Shown: positions 14,329 to 24,330 of the stretch, in pieces | How positions within the stretch are numbered: position 1 is the first letter of the stretch | Layout of the letters: each line of letters starts with the position of its first letter | NCBI GenBank assembly: GCA_030141605.1 | Contig: JAQGDQ010001386.1 | Coordinates: forward strand, 1 to 43,240 | Source of the DNA: Tubiluchus corallicola | Lineage: Eukaryota; Animalia; Priapulida | Reading direction: 5' to 3' | Length of the DNA: 43,240 nucleotides | Notes under the pieces: model-generated | What the model was told of the DNA's origin: nothing | Seen by the model: only the letters and a program-made list of their open reading frames with translations | Database searches by the model: none | Made by a program: the position numbers and the translations under genes

Positions 14329-15353
14329 TACAATATTTTTGGTATGAAGACCCCTCCATGTGGAAAACAATCCACCACCTCTGAGCTACTGCAAACTCCA
14401 GGTCATCCACATTGTTTATCAGTCATAGTAGTAACTGTTATATTTATACTGTGACAAACAATTATTTATTATTTGTCAGGTATTTAGACCCATATTCGTT
14501 TAAAATTATCAAACGAGTAGTCAAATTAAAAAGCACCAGCGATGGCTGTTACCAAAATTTATCTAACTAAACGTCCGATAATAACTTGCATTAGTAGCAA
14601 AATAAACAAAAAAAAATCTGTTTATCGCGACATTTAGGAAGCTTGCACTGCTATTGTATTGTGAACTTTCAGAATATAGTGCAGAATAAATTATTTTGGA
14701 TAACATTTCTAACATCTCCAAATATCTCTTGAATCTAATGTGCGAAGATACTCAGAATTTGATCATACAATGCATTTCGACGAAAATTTGATCATTAGGG
14801 AAATTTGAAATTACAGTGAAAAACAATGTTATGCATACCATCTCTGCTGTAATACTGAGGTCAACTATAAACATACACCAATCATATTATTCCGTTTTTG
14901 TTCATATAACTAGAATAAATTTATTTTAGTTAGTGTACTGATAATTTGTTTTAATATTGTATGGTGTTGTTAATTTCTAGAATTTAATATTTCCCTAGTG
15001 GAGTTTTTCTGTTACATTCCTTGACAATGATTACCTGTTCATTGAAATGCATTGGACGAATAAATTTAAAATATCTTTGAATATCTAAAAAACTCATATT
15101 ACCAAAGAAAATTCTATTGGTTTAATTTGCTATTTTAGTGTGTTTTGTTATTGTAAATAATGTTTTGGATTTAAACAAGATAAACTAAGATAAGGAGAAC
15201 GATCGTTCTGCACCTTTACTGCCATGCAAGACTATTATTTACAAGATATTAGAAAGATGACTGCATATTATCGAAAATTGGACAATAAATAATATTTAAT
15301 TATATTTAATTTATATACGCATATGTACACACGCACGCACGCATGCACACACG

Positions 15354-15428
<75 letters not shown>

Positions 15429-15457
15429 CAAAGGCTTATATGAAGAAGCTATGATAC

Positions 15458-15795
15458 TGTTATAGTCTAGATCCATCTCAGGTTGTATAGAGCGGCATTT
15501 AAATGATAAAATTTCGCAGCAGATGAGAAAAGTTAAAGAATCCAGAATACGAGTATAAAATTGACTTTTTGAATAACCAGTAGCTGAGCATCTTCAACCA
15601 GAATGACACGGGAACAAACTTTTGTATGAAAATTAACAGCCTACAGCATTCACCTTTACAGACAGAAAGGCCAGGTTGAAATCGTCGAAGTATGGCACGC
15701 TTTCTACTTTTATACAGGTACATTAGCATTACAAGGCTTCTCAGCCATAACCATTACTAACATTAGGGGGGTGGCCAATATCGGTCTTCCCAACA
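15458..15795. mobile_element. Dispersed LTR-like repeat, family 2 (also 16778-17113 and partial at 1-90)
   Basis: TGT...ACA ends; shares GTATAGAGCGGCAT, CAGAAAGGCCAGGTTG and CATTACTAACATTAGGGGG with 16778-17113. Confidence 0.55.
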
Positions 15796-16023
15796 ATATT
15801 ATGAACATTTGTTATCATTTACATAATATGTTGATGGTGATTGATGCTTTTATTTTATGGAGAAAGTGTAGATTAACAAATTAATACCACTTTCAATGTT
15901 TGCATAAGGTATTCATCATTACTGATCCAACCTTTTGTTTGTATAGTCCTCGCTTAAGGCCTTCCCGTTTAGCAATGTTTTGTTTTAATGACGCTGAACA
16001 TTTAACACCCTTTTCTCACTTAA

Positions 16024-16477
16024 CCCTTTCAAACCCGTTGTATCCCGTGGAATACGAGAATATTTTCTGCCTTTAAAATTAATAAAATTTTAAAACTAAC
16101 AGTTATTTGATCTGTTAATAGTTATTTTGATTTAAGCCAATAACAATAGACTAAAAATGGGGATAAAATGGCAAACTAGAAAATCTACATAGCATAAAAA
16201 ACTGCGCAAGGTACAGTACTTTAGAGATGACTTAGTACAGATCAGGATAGCATTCATACTAAATGTCTTAAATACTTTAAAAAATTATCAGCAGTTGCAA
16301 AATGAAGCACATTTTATGCCTCTATTGAATCCCAATGTATCCCGTGGGATACAGGCTATATTTAGCACGCGGGCACAGGTAGAAAAAAATATTTATTATG
16401 TGTAAACAAATGGACATACTGAACAAAGTACAAAACCAAAAAAAATTTTTATTAAAAAAAAATTGGGACTGAAAGGG
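16024..16477. mobile_element. piggyBac-like MITE nested in a Tigger-like element
   Basis: TTAA|CCCTTTCAAACCC...GGGACTGAAAGGG|TTAA; the flanks rejoin to match the uninterrupted element near 1330-1400. Confidence 0.78.
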
Positions 16478-16777
16478 TTAATAATGCAACGTTTTGTTTT
16501 AAAGTTTTTTTTACTTTGCTCAAAGTTATTTTTTATTTTACCAACAATAGCAATATCTACAAAAAAACACTCTGATAATGAAAGCAGAGAGACGACCGTG
16601 ACATGAACCAGCCATAGACCACGACAAACCTTGTGTTCGTTAGTTATGCATGCATCCATTTCTGGTCATATAATGGATGTGATATAATGACGAATTTTTG
16701 TGATTTGTTATATAGTGCAAGCAGCTATCACAGCAGAGGAAAACTTAATGCCTCAAAAGTCTCAAAAATTATAAAAT

Positions 16778-17113
16778 TGTAACGGATTCAGGTTCCCGCA
16801 CGGATCCCCTCCTCAGGATGTATAGAGCGGCATACAAGTTATGAAATACTTTACAGCAGACGAGAAAAGTAAAAAGAATACGAATGCAAAATAAACTTTA
16901 ACGCACAACCAGTAGCTCCATGACATGTGAACAGACCTTAGTATAAAAATCAGCAAACCTAGAGCATTCAACCTTACAGACAGAAAGGCCAGGTTGGAAT
17001 CGTCAAATCACGGCATGCATTCTGTCTTATACAGGTACATTTGCATTACTGGGCTTCTTCAACCATACCCATTACTAACATTAGGGGGTTGGTCAAAATC
17101 GTCCTACGTAACA
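16778..17113. mobile_element. Dispersed LTR-like repeat, family 2
   Basis: TGTAACG...CGTAACA; diverged direct copy of 15458-15795. Confidence 0.55.
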
Positions 17114-17493
17114 TTATTTATTTAACAGCTTTCGCCCTAACGGGCCTCATCAACTGAAAATAACAGCTATTTACACGGCCACTGGAAAGTGAAATCATTT
17201 ACTTAAACAAGCACATTGCATCAGCAGGTTAACTCCTTTGCTTAATAAATCGAGGGCCACGCACACAACATTGTTTTGCAGTACCGTAATGTGGCTGATT
17301 TTCGCAAATTCATCCTCTAGATGGCAGTACAAACTCGGTTTCCGCCAATTTTTTGAACAAAGTGAACAATTTAAAGTGCGTGCTTAATTCTCTTATTCTG
17401 GCAAATACGACATTTTGTATGCTATCGTCAGTAAATTAAGTAATAAACCACAACCATTCAGCAAATGTAGCAACTCATTATATAGACTGTTTA

Positions 17494-18254
17494 TGTGGAA
17501 GTTGGAATTGTACATTTTTAATTAGGTGCTGCCATCTGTGAACTAATCCTGTTACATTCTTACATTCTACCAGCTACTTACCCCCAGTATAATTGTATGG
17601 TCCAGTGAATGCATATTCACTGGTTCTCTCCCTATTTTTAAGTAATTGTTTTTGTGAAGCATGTACAAGTCTGCATAGGTCACCTATACCTATATGTACT
17701 GACTGGTTTTACTTTCTAGTCACTCTCTAACTCTCAGTGTTCAGTGCAGGACACTCTAACTCTCAGTGTTCAGTGCAGGACTCTCTAACTTTCAGTGTTC
17801 AGTGCAGGACTCTCTAACTCTCAGTGTTCAGTGCAGGACTCTCTAACTCTCAGTGTTCAGTGCAGGACACTCTCATTCTCAGTGTTCAGTGCAGGACTCT
17901 CTAACTCTCAGTGTTCAGTGCAGGACTCTCTAACTCTCAGTGTTCAGTGCAGGACTCTCTAACTCTCAGTGTTCAGTGCAGGACTCTCTAACTCTCAGTG
18001 TTCAGTGCAGGACTCTCTAACTCTCAGTGTTCAGTGCAGGACTCTCTAACTCTCAGTGTTCGGTGTAGGACTCTCTAACTCTCAGTGTTCAGTGCAGGAC
18101 TCTCTAACTCTCAGTCTTCAGTGCAGCAGTCATGCTACTCATGTGTCTTTAGTTTAATAAACACTTTTCTGTTTGTGCAGTGCAAATATGTATTATAGAT
18201 TTTTTATTCTTGTTCTACAAGTGAGTGATCTACAACTTCAAACATGACTTCCCA
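17494..18254 (+). mobile_element. Solo LTR, family 1, with expanded internal minisatellite
   Basis: TGTGGAAG...CTTCCCA, TSD GTTTA on both sides, homologous to 5805-6196. Confidence 0.78.
17722..18128. repeat. 29-bp tandem repeat, ~14 copies (CTCTCTAACTCTCAGTGTTCAGTGCAGGA)
   Basis: Head-to-tail units with no spacers, inside the LTR. Confidence 0.92.
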
Positions 18255-19377
18255 GTTTATATAAACAGATTCTATTTTATTAGAAAAATTCTCAAGCTTG
18301 GTGACGAGTGAGGCAGTGGTCACTCGAAACGCTGCAAACAAATTCACATAGTCATGGAATTTACATCTTTATGAACGTAATCGTCGCTGTCACGAGATTG
18401 AATTGTGGAAATAATAACCAAAACTTATCATACATTTTGGCCAGTAAGAACTGTAGAATTTCTCCTAATATTGTTTAAAGACATTAACAGAACTACTTAC
18501 ACGATGAATTGTTTGTGACGTCACTACGAAAATAACAAAATTCTCATTTCAAAATACAACATCTATCTTTGTTTGCGAGTTTAATTGTCACGTGGTGTTC
18601 CAAATTTTTCTCTATTTCATAAACGCCTGAATGAAAATTTAAGGCACGCTGACTTCACAGTCAGAACGTTCCCACTAGTACAATGTTAAGCATTTTTGAT
18701 GTGGCATAAAAATAGTGAGTTTGGTCGAGGTTTTCGTGTCTAATGTCGGATACTGAATGAGTCCACGGGCAACCTAGATGGCTGACATGTGTTTATTCAA
18801 ATCTTCTCTGTTTACTAAAGCCTCCTCTGTTTTTATTTATTATGAAATCGTCATGCCGAATAGGATGTCAAGAGTAAAACCTAACGAGCGCCGATCATTA
18901 CGGGATGTGTGTCACATATTTAAAAAAATGCTGTGCTTCTGCCATTTTGAATTTAAGATGCTAAATACCAGCAATTGATCGCTGGATTTCCAGAATTTCT
19001 TTCAAAACTACAAAACCATTTACAAAATGGCGTGCTCATGCATTTGTTTATCTGTTCTTTGCTGATATCACATCTGTTTTTGTGACAACAAAGAAGTGAA
19101 TATGCTTAACAGTAAAATGGGTTTAAAAGTTTAGCAGTGACAATTTAACCTTTACTTGATCTGTCAGTAGTTTACTGACATCCTAGAAATGACTTAAAGG
19201 ACAAGAAAAGGGGCACCTGAAGTAGGTTTCAGAAAAATCGCCTTAAAAAATCATATTACTTTATAACAATTTTATGCGCATATCTTACTCGCACTGAAAG
19301 TAATAATTTTAGTTTCTTTTCATTTTAAATCTCCCGCAATACTGTTCTGAAGTCGCCATTATATGACGTCATGTACC

Positions 19378-19860
19378 AAACGTAAATGAAGGGAAGAAAA
19401 GGCAATGTTAAATTATGTCTCAGAAGACTCCGTGCAAATCTATATTACTTAGATTTTCGCTTACCTGCTAGAGAGATCTATGTGACTAGGAAAGAAAATA
19501 TTAATTATTTAAAATGTTGTCACCAATTGGTAAAATATCAATGACTCACCCTCCAGGGGGCACCACTCACAAACCAAAAAACGTATTTTTAATCTTATTG
19601 ACAAGATACAGTAATTTTAAATATTATTTTGTTAGTAACATGTCTGCTACGAGTACTCTGATTATTTTTTCAAACTTTACAAAATATTATCTAAACTTGT
19701 TTCAAATGACCTGTCGTGAAAATGGCTGCGTCTAACGGTCATCGCGGGAGTTTAAATTTACATGTTTTATACAGCGTGACTGCCGATTGAAGTCCTGCAC
19801 ATAAAATTTCAAAACGAATTTTTCAAGCATTATGTAAGTGGAGGGTTTTCTTGTGATTTA
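19378..19860. repeat. Dispersed repeat shared with intron segment 26904-27375
   Basis: Colinear blocks such as GGGAAGAAAAGGCAATGTTAAATTATGTC, GACTCACCCTCCAGGG, TTGTTTCAAATGACCT. Confidence 0.75.
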
Positions 19861-20082
19861 TATAGTAAAATGTGTCACACAAGTAATGACCTCTTCTGAC
19901 AGTTATACCTCGTGTCTTTCAGAGCAAGTGCAAACCTGCAGCTTCCGACACAATTGTAGATTTTAAATAACGATCACTACGTTCCATGTACAGCAAAAAC
20001 CAAAATGTTCCCTTCTACTGTTGAAACTTGACTTATAATATCGAGATTTTGATTTTGCGTCGATACACATCAGTTTTAAAAC

Positions 20083-21670
20083 ATGGAGGTAATTTTGTTG
20101 TCTACCGTTTACACTTTGACTTTCGTTATAAATTGCAAATCAACTGGCTTAGCTCCCTGTCAGGAAAAGACGGTACCTCTAAGCAAAAGAATTGCTGAGT
20201 GCCACTACGGAGGCAGGACGACAAACAATACTCAGCAGAATCAGTGCAATGTGTTCTGTGATTTACATGGTGCAACAGAAGACAACCTAACAGATTTAGT
20301 TTCACGATTAGAAGGGAATATGTTGAACGTCTACTTCTTTTATTATGCGCATGCTCAGCTGCCCAAAAACTTCTTTCAAGGAAAGTTGGTTAGAACGTTA
20401 TCAATATCAGACACCAATCTGGAAACATTGGGAAAGCATTCAATATATGGGATTATGGAAATTTTGATTTTATCTAGTAACTATCAACTTATTTCCTTGC
20501 ACTCCGAGGCTTTCAATATGGCTACTTTTACAACGCTCAAAATTGAAAATAATTATAATTTGACTGGAGTTATGAACTTCGATTTCACAGAAAATCCATT
20601 GTTTAGGAAACTTCGAATAGTTAATAGTGGAATAGAGGGATGTATGGAGCCAAAATTACGCAAAAGCGTTCCACGAAAAGAGGTGACGGTGCAGTTATTG
20701 AGTAAGTAACTCAGGAATTGCAAGTTCATATTTAAGTAATTCTTTTTTTGTTCATATCTCGAGTATCAATTTTGCTTTCTTGTGGAAGGCTATCGAGCAG
20801 AACATAGGAATGTTCTGAAATATTTTGCATTTTTTTGGTTTAATTCGCTTTATTTAATCCAGAAAAACTACTTACAATAATGGATAAGTGTAAATTTTTT
20901 TTAGAATTTATTAGAATTAAATTAATTGCCAAATCAAATCATACCAAATTCTTTTCACTCTAAGAACTTAGGTTCGAATACAATGTACAAAAATACGTAA
21001 TCATAAATAGAGTAATAAATGTAATAAATAAGGTAGTAATAGAGTCAACGAGATTGGTAGATGAATTAGAAGCAAGAATTAGAATAGCCGAGAACCAACT
21101 AAAAGTTATGATTAAACTCTTTGTTTGGATAGTGAATTTTTTTACTCAAGCATTTACTTTAGATCAAACTTAAAATTTATACTTTCAGATAACAAGCTTC
21201 TTTGTGACTGTGATCTAATCTGGATAAAGTTGTATCCCTGGTCAGTCACAAGTCAAGTTGATTGTTTCAAGCCAACTGGTAAACTCAGGGCTGATATAGA
21301 AGACTTTGACTGTTCTAATTTATCAGCACTCAAAGAAAATGATGCAGTTATAATGTCATCACTTGACGACTCATCAAAAGATGAGGTCAACTCAAGTGCA
21401 GTAAAAGCTCGTGCTGATACGCCAATAAAGGTGAGCAGAGCAATAAAGATTGTTGTCTCAGCGTCCGTCATATCGATTGTAGCGTGCTCGATTATGATAG
21501 TTTTGCAGGTAAAGAGGAAACGAAATGGTTCAGCAACTGTGGCTGAAAGCACACAAGAAGCAACAACCTCAAGCTCACATTCAGTACCAGAACTAGACAA
21601 TATAGCAGTCGAGGAGAAACTAATAGAACAGCTTAATAAAAGAATGGTTAGATGGAGCTATTCACTCTGA
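20083..21670 (+). CDS. Single-pass leucine-rich-repeat membrane protein, ~366 aa; exons 20083-20701 and 21189-21670
   Basis: Hydrophobic signal-like N-terminus, Cys-rich cap and LRR-like units (TLSISDTNLETL, ILILSSNYQLISL, TLKIENNYNLT). The phase-1 intron TTGA|gtaagt...ctttcag|AT gives VQLLNNKLLCDCDLIWIK (LRRCT). TM IVVSASVISIVACSIMIVL is followed by KRKR. Confidence 0.82.
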
Positions 21671-22876
21671 TACTAGAATGTTCAAATCATTGTTAACCAT
21701 TGTCCCTGGACGTGTTGGTCCAGGGAGATATACGTTGTTTAGTAAAACATTCTTGGTAGACACAGTTTTTAAACAGCACATCTTTAGGTAGTTTCACATG
21801 AACTAAGTACAGTCATTTGCAAAAGTTTAAGACCAAAGTGATTTTTTCATAAAAATTTACGAAACCATTGTTTGACATGGTTCCATCTAAAAACTATCCA
21901 TTTATTCTTATAGAAAAATATACTACAGCATAGTTTGTATGTTTTTATCCAAAAATAGTCACAGTCCTTGAACATTTTAGTACTTTGTATGGTCGCCGAA
22001 GTTGTCAATCACTGCCTTCATTCTAAGAGGCAAACGGGAAATTAGGTTTTGGCAGTACTCGGAAGTAATTTCTTTAACCCAAACGTATTTGATAACTCTT
22101 CGCAAGTCTTCCGCACTTGATGGCTGCCTGTCTGACCACTAGCAGTATGATGCAATCAACAAAGAATCTGATGCAATCAGGGTACAGTATGATGAAAATC
22201 CCGAAAACTCGAGCTTGGTCTTGAACTTTTGCAAATGACTGTATTTTATATATTTTGAATGGTCATCATTTTTACTCGTGTGAATCAAACGTGAAGTCCG
22301 ATTTTCCAATGACCACTCACAATAGGTCAATTCTAGAGCATGTTGCTTTAAATAATTGTCATTGTTCTTTTCTTTTTCTAATATTAGCACGGAATTTACC
22401 ACATCACTTTCCTCCACACTTGTACCTCAAAAGGAAAACAAATCAACCCCTAGAGATTTGTGCGTATGCCTTCTGTGAATTAAATGTACATATTAACCAA
22501 AGTTACTATGACGTTTTCGAAAACTCAGGTGTGTTGTTTATAGCTGTAAAACATTTTTACAGGATTTTTACAGGACAATTTGCCAAAAGTTTTTTAAACC
22601 TTTGTAAAAGTGTTCCTAGTTAATCTTTTCGAGGTTGATAATTTTATAAACATATTTATCTGTGATAGTTTTTTAGTCTTCACTTCCCGAAGAAGTAAAA
22701 ATTTGTATATTTTTCAGAAAGGAAATTTTTTTTAGTTGAATGAGTTTTAATAGAATAACGGCTTAAAATATGTAATAAAAACCTGATAACTAAAATGCTC
22801 ATATCTTCAAAATAGTAAATCTTATCCATTTATTTTTTAAAAAACGACATGTTTCACGTACTGGACATATAATATT

Positions 22877-23988
22877 TCACTCTTTCATGGTACTTAGTTC
22901 ACTTTGGTACCTGGATAGTTTACGTCCACCCAAAGATAAATTCCTGATATTGAGAATTGACTGCTTACTTGAGCTTAACAAATTTAGTTTGTTATCTAAT
23001 TGGCAGCTGACGTAACTAATGACGTCATACTGTGCTTTCTCTTTTTCAGATTTTCGAACAACAAATCGATAAGAATTGATCATTATTACCCTAAATGTAC
23101 TAACTAATAAGAAAAGAGAAACACACACAAAAACACATATAAATACATGACCATACACTGACAATGTAGACACTTGAACCAGATAGAATTTGCCAGCTCG
23201 TGTACTCAAGTATAACAATGTTTCTAACGTGTGTATCATATTATTAAACTCTTTATACATATATCCAAACATTATTGTTCCAAAAATGGTAAAAGGTACT
23301 AAAATAAGTAATGTCATTATGCTAAAATTAACGATGGGGTCAACCGAAATGCTCAAGGTAAACAAGAAAACGGCTATAAATTTAACATACATTAACATAA
23401 GCCATAATTTAATGGTTACCAGAAAAACTAGAAAGCCCAGCACACATGAAAGTGCAAGGTCGTAGACAGCAATTTCATGAAAGCTGAGAAATTTAGTCTC
23501 TTGACTTTGGATGTACTGGTACAGCTTATCATTGAGACGCACAGTTCTCTGGAAAAAGAGAACTATACCAGCTACAGATGATCCCAAAATGCCCAGTTCG
23601 ACAAATGTCCTTAAATGTGTAAAGTAAGCAAATTTCTTATTATATAGTTTTTTAGCTTCCTGATAGGAAAAGACGAAAAGGAGAATTATGTAAACAAATC
23701 CACTTGTTAAAGTTGACCAGTTTATAAGCGACACACCCTTTAGAAGGTCCATTGTAAAAATGTCATAGTGAGGTGATGCTGCACCTATTCCACTGAATTC
23801 AATCACTAGCGTCACGATGCTGAATAAGTTTGTGTTAGTATTGAACAAGTTAAATTCTATCATCAAAGCACGTGTATAATCATCTATCCACACCGAGTCA
23901 GCTAGGGAGGTGACAATAGCCTGGTTTTCCCTGAGATTGCGAGTTAGGGTCTTCACATAACCACCACCACTATACCAAGCAAATTTAC
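22877..23988 (-). CDS. Polycystin terminal exon (end of TOP, S2-S6, tail), copy C
   Basis: tttttgcag|GTAAATTT; open frame to TGA; [20 protein letters not shown] and five hydrophobic helices. Confidence 0.93.
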
Positions 23989-24262
23989 CTGCAAAAATAT
24001 AAGGCAAAGCATGATAAACCAAATCATAAGCATCCAGCACTTGCTGGGCTAGGTAACTGAATACCTGTTTCTTGCTCAATAATAATAGTGCATGACATTT
24101 TTAACAAAGTGCTAACTGAATCATCACTAAACGAAAGCTATATGCCTTCCAACTCTCTCCCAGGAAATAATAATGATAACGATGATGATGATAATGATGA
24201 CGATGATGATGATGATGATGATGGTGGTGGTGATGATGATGATGATGATGATGGTGATGATA

Positions 24263-24330
<68 letters not shown>

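Larger units (their letters stand above)
8421..15547. repeat. Right arm of large inverted repeat
   Basis: Mirror ORFs (414, 106, 96, 93, 90, 73 aa) and continuous nucleotide match; extra ~425 bp at 13021-13446. Confidence 0.95.

Noticed and set aside
17722-18128. 29-bp repeats as a CRISPR array
   Set aside because: Units are contiguous with no unique spacers, lie inside an LTR, and the context is a spliced eukaryotic locus with no cas genes.
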